The notes below the pieces were generated by a model. It was not told the DNA's origin, ran no database searches, and saw nothing but the letters and a program-made list of their open reading frames with translations. Position numbers and translations under genes: made by a program. This document shows, piece by piece, positions 36,420 through 46,022 of a stretch of 64,000 nucleotides of DNA. Each line of letters begins with the position of its first letter. Positions within the stretch are counted from its first letter, which is position 1. Source of the stretch: Candidatus Woesearchaeota archaeon (GTDB taxonomy: Archaea > Nanobdellota > Nanobdellia > Woesearchaeales > JAFCFN01); contig JAFCFN010000001.1 in assembly GCA_017608625.1 (NCBI GenBank), forward strand, positions 19,828 to 83,827, read 5' to 3'.

Positions 36420-37004
36420 TTAGACCTCAATAATCTTTCCTCTTGGACCGGGATTAATAATCAATGTTTTGCCTATTTTTTGATTTAATCCAGCTGTTTC
36501 ATGGAAATGTCCACAAACAACTAATTTTGGCTTGAATTTTTCAATAAATTTGGTTATTGATTTATTACCGTAATGTTCAGAATTTAGTTTATCTAACTTT
36601 GTTCCAAAAGGAGGGGCATGCACTATTAAAACAACCTTTCCTTTGATTTTGTTTTTGTTCTTTTTAACAAACTTTTCAAAATCAGGCTCTGTTAAGCTGA
36701 ATCCTCCTCCACCATATCCCACAAAAAGAACATCTTTGAATTTATGAAATTTTTTATGGATGAATGTTAAATTATCTAGTGGTTTGCATAGATTCTTTAA
36801 CAAAGAACTTGATTCATGATTTCCGTGTATCATTAGAACAGGTTTTCCTAGTTTATTTATCTCGTAAAGTAGGTAATCTATATCTGCTTCAAATAAGGTG
36901 AAATCACCTGCACAAACAACAATATCTACTTTTTTCGCTTTTTTCTTTAGTGCTATTAGAGATGATAAATCTCCATGCAGATCTACAAAAGCAAGTATTT
37001 TCAT
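36420..37004 (-). CDS. Calcineurin-like metallophosphoesterase
   Basis: The motifs DLHGD, GDF, GNHE and GHFHE are present. Confidence 0.7.
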   Translation of the reverse strand: MKILAFVDLHGDLSSLIALKKKAKKVDIVVCAGDFTLFEADIDYLLYEINKLGKPVLMIHGNHESSSLLKNLCKPLDNLTFIHKKFHKFKDVLFVGYGGGGFSLTEPDFEKFVKKNKNKIKGKVVLIVHAPPFGTKLDKLNSEHYGNKSITKFIEKFKPKLVVCGHFHETAGLNQKIGKTLIINPGPRGKIIEV

Positions 37005-37612
37005 TTTACGATTGTTCTTAAAATTAGAACAGCTGTTCCAGCTGCCAAAGGAACTGTTACATTATCATCAACCAATTTTTTGTTTACTTCTATTTCCAGA
37101 ACCTCTATTATTGTTCCTGCCATGGCTGCTACAAATGCCTCTAAAGGATTTACAAAAAACATAGCTGTTATAAAACCAAATACAAGTCCTGCTAAAGAGC
37201 CTTCCAAAACTTTCTTACTACTTAAAGGATGTTTTATTGTTCCAAAATATTTTCCAACTAAATGAGATGCTGAGTCACCAAATGCTAGAATAGCAATAGA
37301 AGCTAATGCAATATCTTTTGGAAAAAGTTTTATTGCTAATAAGACTCCTGCAAAGAATAGTATTGGACCTTTTCCTGGGAGTTTTTTTAGCTCACTTCTT
37401 CTTTCAAATTTTTTTAAAAACCAATATATGATAGGGATTTTATATTTTCTGCTTAGCAAAGCTAAGATTCCTCCAATAACAAGAACAATAAAGAGATGCC
37501 AGGCAGTTATTAAGTTTAGAACTAATAAAATAATTAAAACTAATCCTAGTAATGAATGAAAGATTTGTCTTCTTATTTCCAGTTTTGGAATCTTTTTGTA
37601 ATTATTTTTCAT
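37001..37612 (-). CDS. CTP-dependent polyprenol/dolichol kinase-family membrane protein (SEC59/CdsA superfamily)
   Basis: A multi-TM protein carries a C-terminal GDSASHLVGKYFG motif, similar to the dolichol kinase/CdsA signature. Confidence 0.5.
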   Translation of the reverse strand: MKNNYKKIPKLEIRRQIFHSLLGLVLIILLVLNLITAWHLFIVLVIGGILALLSRKYKIPIIYWFLKKFERRSELKKLPGKGPILFFAGVLLAIKLFPKDIALASIAILAFGDSASHLVGKYFGTIKHPLSSKKVLEGSLAGLVFGFITAMFFVNPLEAFVAAMAGTIIEVLEIEVNKKLVDDNVTVPLAAGTAVLILRTIVK

Positions 37613-38108
37613 TTTTAAAATGTTTGATTAGATCACCAATTCCATAACCAATTATGGCTCCTGCGATGACGTCAGATGAGTAATGCTGATTTAAATAAAT
37701 TCTGCTTATGGCAATATAACATGCTATTATTATCCAAAAAATTTTAAATCTTTTCAAAAATATGATGGGAGTAAAGGATAAACCTGAGTGACCAGATGGA
37801 AAGGAGTGACTTAAATAATTTGGTCTTTCTCTTCCAATTAGAACTTTGAGCACAATTGTTATTAAAGAAGTTACAATTAAAGCCAGAAATAATTTTAAAC
37901 TAGGTTTTTTATTTTCAATAAAAAAAAGCGATTCTGTTATGATAGCTATAACAAAAAATACTGATAATACTGATTCTATTAAAACAGCAGGTTTGAATAA
38001 ATAATCTAAAACAGGACTTTTTATAATATTAAAAACATGCAAAACAAGCTTATCAAAAATAAACGAGGTGACTAATAAGATAACCCCTATCCAATAAAAT
38101 TTTTTCAT
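37602..38108 (-). CDS. PAP2-family lipid phosphatase
   Basis: The motifs KxxxxxxRP (GRERPNY), PSGH (FPSGHSGLSF) and SRxxxxxHxxxD (SRIYLNQHYSSDV) are present. Confidence 0.7.
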   Translation of the reverse strand: MKKFYWIGVILLVTSFIFDKLVLHVFNIIKSPVLDYLFKPAVLIESVLSVFFVIAIITESLFFIENKKPSLKLFLALIVTSLITIVLKVLIGRERPNYLSHSFPSGHSGLSFTPIIFLKRFKIFWIIIACYIAISRIYLNQHYSSDVIAGAIIGYGIGDLIKHFKNEK

Positions 38109-38572
38109 TATAACACCCAGCTTAAAGCTTGAGCTCCTGTTAAATACGCTGCTGTAACAATCAGACCTGCTATGACAACTCCTAGACTAATTGCAAGGAA
38201 TGATTTGAGTTTTTTCATTCCAAAAAACCAAGCTGCTAGCGTTCCTGTATACGCACCTGTGATAGGTAAGGGAATCGTAACAAATAATGTTAAGCCAATA
38301 TAGCCATATTTTTCTATTTTTTTCCGCACTTTTTTTCTCGTTCTTTCAAGAAATTTTTCAAATGTTCTTTTATAGATGGGAATAATCATAAAGATTCTGT
38401 GCAATGTTCCTAAAAAGATAAATACAAGAGGTATGACAAAAATATTTGCTATGACGCACACAAAATATGCTGTAACTGGATTTACTCCAGAAGCTAATGC
38501 TAATGGGATACCTCCTCTTAATTCTGCTATTGGCAATAATGAAAGAATTATTGCATTGATTATTGCTTCCAT
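38108..38572 (-). CDS. Small multi-TM membrane protein
   Basis: Four predicted TM segments are present, and no family is recognised. Confidence 0.4.
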   Translation of the reverse strand: MEAIINAIILSLLPIAELRGGIPLALASGVNPVTAYFVCVIANIFVIPLVFIFLGTLHRIFMIIPIYKRTFEKFLERTRKKVRKKIEKYGYIGLTLFVTIPLPITGAYTGTLAAWFFGMKKLKSFLAISLGVVIAGLIVTAAYLTGAQALSWVL

Positions 38573-38599
38573 CTTAACCGCAAAATCGGTTAACGCTTT

Positions 38600-38627
38600 G
38601 TCCTATCTTCGCTTTGCTCGATAGGTC
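38600..38627 (-). repeat. GC-rich stem-loop (gtcctatc...gataggtc) overlapping the cca stop codon; same motif family as 44885-44916
   Basis: The stem gtcctatc / gataggtc is 7 of 8 bp, with the loop ttcgctttgctc. A second hairpin, ttaaccg-caaaat-cggttaa, lies at 38574-38593. The region is GC-rich. Confidence 0.45.
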
Positions 38628-39958
38628 TCGCCTCGCTTACGCTCGGCAATTTTGCTAACCTTTGCTTTTATATACTTATCAGTTTTAATTAGATTTTTTA
38701 CAAGATTTTCTGGTTTGGTAAAAGTTCTCTTTGTTTTTGCCCATAATCTACCATTTCTTGTAAATGTTTTTTTATACTTTTTTTTGAAATTTGCTATAAA
38801 ATGTTTTGGAGCTGTTAAAGGAGGACCGATTATTTCTTTATATTTTGGTAGCTCTCTTTTGTTAGTTATTATCCAGAATAAAGCTTTTTTCTTTTTATCC
38901 CACTCCCAGCCATAATTAACTACCTTGAAATCATTTTGTTTTAATTTTTTAACAATCCATTTTAAGGCTTTTAATAACTTACTCCCAACAATATCTTCTT
39001 TACCACTTAAAGCTATTATATCAAGCAAAATTAATTTTCTATTCTTAGCTTTTTTTCTTAAATCTTCTATTGAAAATTTTTTTTCTTCAAAAAATTCCTT
39101 GCTCGGTCTTTTTAAAAATCTTTGACAAGTTTTTTTGAAGATATTGAATTTTTCCAAGGACAGAGCAGCTGTTATATTTCGTGTTTTTTGCACAGGATCT
39201 ATTATCACTAAAGGAGACTGTAGTTTTGATGGATTTAATTCATTGAGAGGATTTTTTCCTTTATAATACCTTTTTAAATCAATAACAACTTTTGGTTTCC
39301 ATTTGACTGCCTTTTTGACTAAGTTTATAAATGAGCCATAATAAATAATTAACACTTCACAAGCGTAGCCTGAAAAACCACTTATATAGCTTTCAGCTCC
39401 ATAGCAGTTCTGAGCTTTGCAGAATTTTTTTAATAATCTTATTTCATCACATAGCTTAGAATATTTTTTAACAAACAAGGCATGTAAAGGAGAAATATCA
39501 GTTATATTCATTGCTTGCGCTGGTTTTTTTATGTTTAAAATAGGAACTACTTCAAATGTAAAATTCTTTTCTTTTATTTGGAAATAATCCCTACTTCCAT
39601 GCAGTCTTGTTATCTTGAAATGTTTTTTTAATATTGGTTCTAAAATATCTGAAAGTTTATCTGATTTATCTTTATATTTTTTATAGTTAAATAAAACAAA
39701 GATGTCAGCATCTTTAACACCTTTCAGCCATGTATCTTTTGCTCCTGAGCCTCCTAGAATGGCCTTAGCGTCTTTAAGTGATTTATTTAGTTTGTTCAAA
39801 AAATTAGTTATCTTTTTTTTGAGCTCTTCTCTTTCTTTTTGAGTAGGTTTTATCTCCTTAAGAACCTCTTTTAGGATTTCCATGATGTTTATATAATTTG
39901 GGCAGTTTAAAAGGTTTTCTAAAGGTTCTGTAAAATTGTTATATTTATTTGTTGTCAA
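38603..39958 (-). CDS. cca: CCA-adding tRNA nucleotidyltransferase (archaeal class I)
   Basis: The N-terminus is EILKEVLKEIKPTQKEREELKK...AILGGSGAKDTWLKGVKDADIFVLF. The pattern G[SG]xxxGxxxxx[SD]D[IV]D of the class I nucleotidyltransferase fold is present. Confidence 0.75.
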   Translation of the reverse strand: MTTNKYNNFTEPLENLLNCPNYINIMEILKEVLKEIKPTQKEREELKKKITNFLNKLNKSLKDAKAILGGSGAKDTWLKGVKDADIFVLFNYKKYKDKSDKLSDILEPILKKHFKITRLHGSRDYFQIKEKNFTFEVVPILNIKKPAQAMNITDISPLHALFVKKYSKLCDEIRLLKKFCKAQNCYGAESYISGFSGYACEVLIIYYGSFINLVKKAVKWKPKVVIDLKRYYKGKNPLNELNPSKLQSPLVIIDPVQKTRNITAALSLEKFNIFKKTCQRFLKRPSKEFFEEKKFSIEDLRKKAKNRKLILLDIIALSGKEDIVGSKLLKALKWIVKKLKQNDFKVVNYGWEWDKKKKALFWIITNKRELPKYKEIIGPPLTAPKHFIANFKKKYKKTFTRNGRLWAKTKRTFTKPENLVKNLIKTDKYIKAKVSKIAERKRGETYRAKRR

Positions 39959-40012
39959 AGCAAAAACTTAATAAAGAAAATATTTATATTTTAATTAAAA
40001 AGAGGTGAAAAA

Positions 40013-41200
40013 TTGGTAGCAACACTGACAATTCTTACTTCATTAGCTGTTCTGCTTTTGGTAGGAGTGATTTGCTCTATTATTGCAACAAAACTTAAGA
40101 TACCTGATGTTCTTTTGTTGATCTTAGCAGGAATGGCTATTGGTCAGATAAAATATGAGGGTCTGCCTGCTGTTGAATTTCCACAATCTTTTCTAACAGC
40201 AATATCTATTTTAGCTCTGGTTATGATTGTTTTTCATTCTTCATCTAGGTTTAAATTTAGGGAAATGGATACTTTTTCTTTTAAAGCAATAAAACTTACA
40301 TTTATTTTTCTTTTTATGAATCTTATTTTTCTGACAATTGCTGTTTACAAAGTTTATGAGATTCCGGTTATTATAGGTTTAGCATTCTCTGCATTAATGG
40401 CAGGAACATCTCCTTCAACAACATTAACTATACTCAAAAAAGGCAAGAATAAAATCATTGAGCTACTGGAAATAGAGTCTTTGATTAATACTCCAATGAT
40501 TGTTCTTTTACCATTTGTTATTCTGGATATGCGGGGCATAGAGTTTAAGTTAATATTGACAAAATTTGTTGAGCAGATCTCTCCTTTTTTGCAGCAGATT
40601 GTTTCAGGTGTAGGAGCAGGCGTTGTATTAGGAATAATCGCTTTTGAGATTATGAGAAGAAAATATTCTGAAAAATATTCACCAATTGCTATTGTTGTTA
40701 TTGCTTTATTAACATATATCTTGGCTGAGAATTTAGGAGGAAATGGTGTTTTAGCTGTTGCTGTTCTTGGTTTGATATTTGGGAATTTTCATTTAAAAGA
40801 GAGAGCTGCTGTTAAGACATTTGAAACTGTTTTTACAGATTTTCTGCAAATACTTGTGTTTCTGCTAATTGGTTTGATGATTAAGATCCCTCTTACAAAG
40901 GACTTTTTATTATCTTCATTTTCCATATTTTTTATATTTATGTTAATAAGATGGTTTGCTGTTGTAATTTTTTCTGCAAAAGAGAAATACACTTTTAGGG
41001 AAAAGTTGTTTTTGACATTGCATGTACCAAAAGGAATTGCAACTGCAGTTGTAGCATTCTCGTTAATCTCATATACTCTAGTAGGAATAAAAGAGATTCT
41101 TGATTTGATACTAGCATTTATTCTTTATAGTGTTGTATTAGCTACAATAGCTACATATTTTAGGGGTTTCTTTTTAGGTAAAGAGGTTGTTGAAAAATGA
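40013..41200 (+). CDS. Monovalent cation:proton antiporter (CPA1/CPA2, NhaP/Kef-like)
   Basis: The protein has about 11 TM segments, with the N-terminus ...SIIATKLKIPDVLLLILAGMAIG. Confidence 0.65.
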   Translation: MVATLTILTSLAVLLLVGVICSIIATKLKIPDVLLLILAGMAIGQIKYEGLPAVEFPQSFLTAISILALVMIVFHSSSRFKFREMDTFSFKAIKLTFIFLFMNLIFLTIAVYKVYEIPVIIGLAFSALMAGTSPSTTLTILKKGKNKIIELLEIESLINTPMIVLLPFVILDMRGIEFKLILTKFVEQISPFLQQIVSGVGAGVVLGIIAFEIMRRKYSEKYSPIAIVVIALLTYILAENLGGNGVLAVAVLGLIFGNFHLKERAAVKTFETVFTDFLQILVFLLIGLMIKIPLTKDFLLSSFSIFFIFMLIRWFAVVIFSAKEKYTFREKLFLTLHVPKGIATAVVAFSLISYTLVGIKEILDLILAFILYSVVLATIATYFRGFFLGKEVVEK

Positions 41201-41964
41201 TAAGAGTAGGACCTTCAGGAATTGGGGGAGTAAAGGAAGCCATAGATGTATTAAAGCAATATAAAAAAGCAGGTCTTAGTGCAGCAGAGGTTGAGTTTAC
41301 TTATGGTGTTTATATAAAGAATAATGAAGATGCTAGAAAGATTGGAGAGGTAGCCAAAAAGCTAGGAATTATGTTAAGTATTCATGCGCCATATTACATA
41401 AATCTTGCTTCTAATGACAAGAAAAAAATAGAAGCAAGCAAAAAACGGATTCTTAGTTGTTGTGAGAAAGCTCATTACTTAAAAGCTAAATATGTTGTAT
41501 TTCATGCAGCATATTATGGAAAAAGAAATGCTGCTCAAACTTATGAAATGGTTAAAAAAGCAATTATTGATATGCAAAAAGTGATTAAAAAGAAAAGATG
41601 GAATGTTAAACTGGCTCCCGAAACAACTGGAAAAAGATCTCAGTTTGGCAACTTGGATGAGCTTTTAAAATTAGCAAAGGAAACTGGATGCAGTTTTTGT
41701 GTTGACTTTGCACATATGCTTGCAAGAGAAGGCAGGATAGATTATGATGAGATTTTCAGAAAAATTAAGAAATTTGAACACATACACTCTCATTTTTCTG
41801 GAATAGAATTTACAGATAAAGGAGAAAGAAGACATCTAATAACTCCTATAGCAAAGATAAAGGAATTACTTAAATATATAAAAAAATATAAGGTAGATAT
41901 AACTATAATAAATGAATCTCCTGATCCTGTTGGGGACAGTATTAAAACAACAAAGTTAATATGA
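41197..41964 (+). CDS. nfo: AP endonuclease family 2 (endonuclease IV-like TIM barrel)
   Basis: The motifs SIHAPYYINLAS and VVFHAA, the sequence KLAPETTGK..FGNLDEL, and the HSHF segment are present. Confidence 0.65.
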   Translation: MIRVGPSGIGGVKEAIDVLKQYKKAGLSAAEVEFTYGVYIKNNEDARKIGEVAKKLGIMLSIHAPYYINLASNDKKKIEASKKRILSCCEKAHYLKAKYVVFHAAYYGKRNAAQTYEMVKKAIIDMQKVIKKKRWNVKLAPETTGKRSQFGNLDELLKLAKETGCSFCVDFAHMLAREGRIDYDEIFRKIKKFEHIHSHFSGIEFTDKGERRHLITPIAKIKELLKYIKKYKVDITIINESPDPVGDSIKTTKLI

Positions 41965-42341
41965 AAAAAATAATATTAGATACAAATTTTGTTTTGATCC
42001 CTGCTCAATTTAATGTGGACATATTCTCTGAGATTGATAGAATATGCAATTTTGAGTATTCCTTGTGTGTTTTAGATAAAACATTTGATGAATTAAAAAA
42101 TATCATTGAGAAGCAAAGAGGAAAGCACAAACAAGCTGCTTTATTAGCTTTAAAGTTATTAAAAGCTAAGAAAGTAAAAGTGGTCAGGACAAAAGAAGAT
42201 AAGAGTGTTGATGAATTATTAATAGACTTGGCAAAAGATAAAGATGTTATAGTTGCTACACAAGACAGGTTGCTTAAGAAAAAGCTTAAAAAGCCTGTAA
42301 TAATGCTGAGACAGAGAAGATATTTAAAAATGTTTAGTTAA
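41961..42341 (+). CDS. PIN-domain protein
   Basis: An N-terminal ILDTNFVL (acidic Asp) and DVIVATQD are present. The gene lies upstream of rpoE', as in many archaea. Confidence 0.55.
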   Translation: MKKIILDTNFVLIPAQFNVDIFSEIDRICNFEYSLCVLDKTFDELKNIIEKQRGKHKQAALLALKLLKAKKVKVVRTKEDKSVDELLIDLAKDKDVIVATQDRLLKKKLKKPVIMLRQRRYLKMFS

Positions 42342-42413
42342 AAATATACCCTTTCTTAACTCAAAAACCGAAGCCTTTAAAAAGAGGAATTAACCACTTT
42401 TATAAGGGTTAAG

Positions 42414-42962
42414 ATGTTTTATAAAATAGAGCTAAAGGATCATATAAGAGTTCCTCCTAGTTTGTTTAGTCTGCCTGTGACAGAGGCAATAATGAAAAGA
42501 ATTAGAAAAAAGTATGAAAATTATGTTTCAAAAGAGATAGGTATAGTTATAGATGTTTTGGCTGTGAAAAATATTGGAGAGGGTATTGTTATTCCTGGTG
42601 ATGGAGCAAGTTATTATGATACAAATTTTGAATTACTGACTTTTAAGCCAGAGATACAAGAAGTACTTTATGGAGAGATTAAAGAGATTGCTGATTTTGG
42701 AGCTTTTATGACAATTGGACCAATAGATGGAATGATTCACATTAGCCAGACAATGGATGATTTTGTAAGTTTTAGCAAAGATAAAACATTGCAGGGTAAG
42801 GAGAGTAAAAAAACCTTAAGAGTGGGGGACAGATGCAGAGCAAGGTTAGTTGCTATCTCTTATAAAGATATAGCAAACCCTAAATTAGGTTTAACAATGA
42901 GACAGTCTGGTTTAGGTAGATTGGATTGGATAGAAGAAGAGATTAAAAAGGGTAAGAAATGA
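42414..42962 (+). CDS. rpoE: DNA-directed RNA polymerase subunit E' (Rpb7 homolog, S1 domain)
   Basis: MFYKIELKDHIRVPPSLFS is followed by an S1 domain, and the length is 182 aa. Confidence 0.85.
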   Translation: MFYKIELKDHIRVPPSLFSLPVTEAIMKRIRKKYENYVSKEIGIVIDVLAVKNIGEGIVIPGDGASYYDTNFELLTFKPEIQEVLYGEIKEIADFGAFMTIGPIDGMIHISQTMDDFVSFSKDKTLQGKESKKTLRVGDRCRARLVAISYKDIANPKLGLTMRQSGLGRLDWIEEEIKKGKK

Positions 42963-43141
42963 AAAAGGTATGCAAAAAGTGTAAGTTGTTTTATGAAGGA
43001 ACTACTTGTCCTATATGTAAAAGTAATGAGACAGCAACTGGATGGCAGGGAAGAATAAATGTTTTGGATGCAAACAAGTCAGAGATAGCTAAGAAAATAG
43101 GAATTAATGTTAAAGGAGAGTATGCTTTGAAGGTAAGATGA
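42959..43141 (+). CDS. spt4: Transcription elongation factor Spt4 / RNAP subunit E''
   Basis: A zinc ribbon (CKKCKLFYEGTTCPICKS) is present, the gene is 60 aa, and it sits immediately after rpoE'. Confidence 0.7.
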   Translation: MKKVCKKCKLFYEGTTCPICKSNETATGWQGRINVLDANKSEIAKKIGINVKGEYALKVR

Positions 43142-43488
43142 AAATATTAGAAAAAAAACCGAATCCGCTTCTTTCGAGAACTGAAATAAAGGCTGAGATA
43201 GAATATACAGGAGCAACTCCATCTAACAATGATGTTAAAAATGAATTAGCTAAACAGCTTTCAGCTGATGTTAATTTAGTTGTTGTTAAACAGATTCTTC
43301 CTATTTTTGGATTAAGAAAATCAACTGTCAATGCATATTTGTATGATAGTAAGGAAGCACTGATGAAGATAGAAAGAATAAAAGAGACAAAACCAAAAAC
43401 TGAAGAAAAGCCCAAAGAAGATGCAAAACCTGAAGAAGGTAGTACTGAAAAACCTAAAGAAGAAAAACCTGCTGAAGCAAAAGAGTAA
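43138..43488 (+). CDS. rps24e: Ribosomal protein S24e (with a Lys/Glu-rich C-terminal tail)
   Basis: The N-terminus is [29 protein letters not shown]. Confidence 0.8.
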   Translation: MKILEKKPNPLLSRTEIKAEIEYTGATPSNNDVKNELAKQLSADVNLVVVKQILPIFGLRKSTVNAYLYDSKEALMKIERIKETKPKTEEKPKEDAKPEEGSTEKPKEEKPAEAKE

Positions 43489-43490
43489 AA

Positions 43491-43661
43491 ATGGCTAAAA
43501 AGAAGAAAAACCCAAAAAAACCGATGCAAATATGGAAAATATATGAACAAGGTAAGGCAAAGAATCCTGAGTGTCCTAAATGTGGTAAAGGAGTTTTTAT
43601 GGCTGTTCATAAAGACAGGAAAGTATGCGGCAAGTGCGGTTATACAGAATTTAACAAATAG
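43491..43661 (+). CDS. rps27ae: Ribosomal protein S27ae
   Basis: The hand translation is [54 protein letters not shown], a C4 zinc ribbon in the canonical S24e-S27ae order. The gene is absent from the track because it is shorter than 60 aa. Confidence 0.75.
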   Translation: MAKKKKNPKKPMQIWKIYEQGKAKNPECPKCGKGVFMAVHKDRKVCGKCGYTEFNK

Positions 43662-44549
43662 TTATTGCTCTAGTTTTTGAAGAACAAGCAGATCTTCTGT
43701 TGTGAGTTTTTCCTTTCTCCTGAGTTTTTCTTTAACAAGCTCTTCTTTTTTCTTAAGCTTTATTTCTTCTAAAATTTGTTTCTTATTTTTTATTTTCTTT
43801 TTCTGTTCATCTATCTTTTCCTTTGACTTACTTAATTCTAATAATGTTTGCTTTAATTCATTGTCTATTTTTTTGAATTGTTCCTTTATTTCTTTTATCT
43901 TTTTTGTTAACTGGCTCTTTTTTTCTTTTAGTTCTTTAACTCCACCAGAAAGAGAGATTATTTGCATATGCTTTTCCTGACTTATTTTTGCTTTTTCCTG
44001 AATGCTTTTATGAGTTGATTCTGCTTTATTTTTAAGTTCATCAATCTCTTTTGATAGAGTGTGTATTCTTTCTAGGACTGAATCCAGTTTTTCAAATTCC
44101 TTTTCTTTTTTCTTAAGATCTTTTAGTACTTTCATAAGCTGTTGTTCTTTCTCAAAGCTCATTACTTCTGTTTCTATCTTTTTCTCGAGAAGTTCTATCT
44201 GATTTTTTATTGAAGAAGGATCTCCTTTAATCTTATATCTTTTAGTTAGTTTATCTTTATCAGCCCTTGCTTTTTTAACATCTGCTATTTTATTTTTTAT
44301 TTCTTTGTTATAGTTATTTCTTTTCTTCTTAGCATCTTTTATTTCTGTGATTAATGTGTCTCTTTCTTTTTTTAATAATGCTATTTGATTTATTAAAGAA
44401 GAGATCTTTTTATCAATCTCTTCTTTTTCAGAGAAAAAAGCTTCTTTCTGATCAGCTATTTTGTTTAATTCAGATCTTAGCTTTAGTATTTTAGCCTTAT
44501 AACTATCTGATTCTCTAACTAGCTCTGATTTCTGTTCTTTTTCTGACAT
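43662..44549 (-). CDS. Lys/Glu-rich coiled-coil protein
   Basis: Long heptad-like K/E repeats are present. The start is set at the internal Met (MSEKEQ) to avoid overlapping rpl12. The function is unknown. Confidence 0.4.
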   Translation of the reverse strand: MSEKEQKSELVRESDSYKAKILKLRSELNKIADQKEAFFSEKEEIDKKISSLINQIALLKKERDTLITEIKDAKKKRNNYNKEIKNKIADVKKARADKDKLTKRYKIKGDPSSIKNQIELLEKKIETEVMSFEKEQQLMKVLKDLKKKEKEFEKLDSVLERIHTLSKEIDELKNKAESTHKSIQEKAKISQEKHMQIISLSGGVKELKEKKSQLTKKIKEIKEQFKKIDNELKQTLLELSKSKEKIDEQKKKIKNKKQILEEIKLKKKEELVKEKLRRKEKLTTEDLLVLQKLEQ

Positions 44550-44553
44550 AGGT

Positions 44554-44856
44554 TTATCCAAATAATGCTCCCAAACCTGCAGCTGCTTGTGCTTCCTCTT
44601 TCTTTTCTTCTTCAGGTGATTTCTCTTCTTTCTTTTCTTCAGGTTTTTCTGTTGCTGCTGGCGCTGCTGCAACTGGTGCTACAGCTGCTTTTTTAATAGC
44701 TTCGTCTATGTTAACACCTTCTAAAGCCGCTATTAGCGCTTTTATTCTGTTTTCGTCTGGCTTAACTCCAGCTGCTTCTAAAACTTTTTTAACTGTTGGC
44801 TCATCTATTTTGCCACCAGCTTTATGTATTAACATTGCTGCATAGATGTATTCCAT
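44554..44856 (-). CDS. rpl12: Ribosomal stalk protein P1 (L12e)
   Basis: The N-terminus is [31 protein letters not shown], followed by an Ala/Pro/Glu hinge and a conserved C-terminal GLGALFG. Confidence 0.8.
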   Translation of the reverse strand: MEYIYAAMLIHKAGGKIDEPTVKKVLEAAGVKPDENRIKALIAALEGVNIDEAIKKAAVAPVAAAPAATEKPEEKKEEKSPEEEKKEEAQAAAGLGALFG

Positions 44857-44884
44857 TTTTTATACCTCCACAAACTGCAAACAG

Positions 44885-44916
44885 TTTGATCATTTGACCT
44901 ATCTGCGCTTTTGGCT
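44885..44916 (-). repeat. Perfect 9-bp-stem GC-rich hairpin in the P0-P1 intercistronic spacer (tgacctatc...gataggtca)
   Basis: tgacctatc (44885-93) pairs with gataggtca (44908-16) across the loop tgcgcttttggctt. Stem and loop are closely similar to the 38600-38627 element. Confidence 0.5.
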
Positions 44917-44951
44917 TGATAGGTCACTAATTTATTTTGCTTATAGCCCTT

Positions 44952-46022
44952 TTATTTTCTTTTTTCAGCTAGCTCATGTGCACTAGGCACTTTCTCAGGC
45001 TCTTTCTTTTCTTCTTTTGGAACTTCTTTTTCTGCCTCTTTTACTAGTTCGGTTGCTGTTGGCGGTTTTTTTCCTTCTGCAAATTCTTTTGTTTTCTGCA
45101 CCAATTCTTCTGCAGACGGAATCGCTTCTTTCTCTTCTGTTTTTTCCTCTTTCTTTTCTTCAGATTTAAGCTCTATCTTCGCTTTTGCTTGTAATGTCTT
45201 TGCTTCAGATTCTGCCTGAGCTAACATTTTTTCAATAACAACATCAGAAATAATATTTTGCTCTAGAGCAAGTGTTTTTGCTTCATTAAATGCTTTTACC
45301 AACAATTGTTCTATTAATTCTTTTGTAGGGTAAGCTATTTCAATAGCTAAATTTATTGATTCTGATGCAGCTGTTGTGATATTATTAAAGTACTCTTCTT
45401 CGTTGATTGTTAAAACACTCTTTGGTATTATGCTTCCATTATCATAAACAGCAATTAGGTTAAGACCAATTTCCATTGGCTCTATTTTTAATTTGCCTAA
45501 AACGTCTGCTATTTTCTCGCTTATTACTTCTCCTTCTTTTACCAGTAGCTTATCTTCTTTAACAGCTACTTTTCCATTTTCAACACCCACTTTTAATCCA
45601 ACAGAACTTAGTTCAGAAATAATCGGACCTGGAGGAAAGCCTGTTGATCCTTTTTGAACAACTATATCTTTAGGAGCTGTCTGGCCTGCTTTTGCAGGCG
45701 CAGTTGTTTTGTTTTTATCTAATAGTTTGCATAACTTGAAAGGATCTTTATCTGTGAATATCAAAGCAGGCATACCTTTTAACTCATCAATAAGCTTTTC
45801 TATTCCTGGTTTTTTATCTTTTGCTTGCTCAATAGCCAGCTTAATAAGACTCCTTTTTGCCATCCTTAAAAATGCTATATCTCTTATTTTTGCTCTTATC
45901 TGTTGCAACTGAGGAGCAGGAAGATTCTCCAAATTAACAGAACCAATTATTGGGTATTTCAGTATAAGATTAGCTAATTCCTTTACCTCTTCTTTCTTTT
46001 TCTCTGATACATGCGTTTTCAT
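44952..46022 (-). CDS. rplP0: Ribosomal stalk protein P0 (L10e)
   Basis: The N-terminus is KELANLILKYPIIGSVNLENLPAPQLQQIR. The C-terminal acidic/Ala tail resembles that of P1. Confidence 0.85.
   Translation of the reverse strand: MKTHVSEKKKEEVKELANLILKYPIIGSVNLENLPAPQLQQIRAKIRDIAFLRMAKRSLIKLAIEQAKDKKPGIEKLIDELKGMPALIFTDKDPFKLCKLLDKNKTTAPAKAGQTAPKDIVVQKGSTGFPPGPIISELSSVGLKVGVENGKVAVKEDKLLVKEGEVISEKIADVLGKLKIEPMEIGLNLIAVYDNGSIIPKSVLTINEEEYFNNITTAASESINLAIEIAYPTKELIEQLLVKAFNEAKTLALEQNIISDVVIEKMLAQAESEAKTLQAKAKIELKSEEKKEEKTEEKEAIPSAEELVQKTKEFAEGKKPPTATELVKEAEKEVPKEEKKEPEKVPSAHELAEKRK

Noticed and set aside
38575-38650. Considered the GC-rich hairpin at the cca 3' end to be purely intergenic.
   Set aside because: Reverse translation shows the cca reading frame runs through it (…KIAERKRGETYRAKRR*). 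The element therefore overlaps the last 25 codons or so and the stop codon. It is annotated as an overlapping repeat or hairpin, not as an intergenic element.
43662-44672. The N-terminal 41 aa of the track ORF ([28 protein letters not shown]…) of the K/E-rich coiled-coil protein.
   Set aside because: This extension overlaps the 3' end of rpl12 in another frame, so the start was moved to the internal Met at about 44549.
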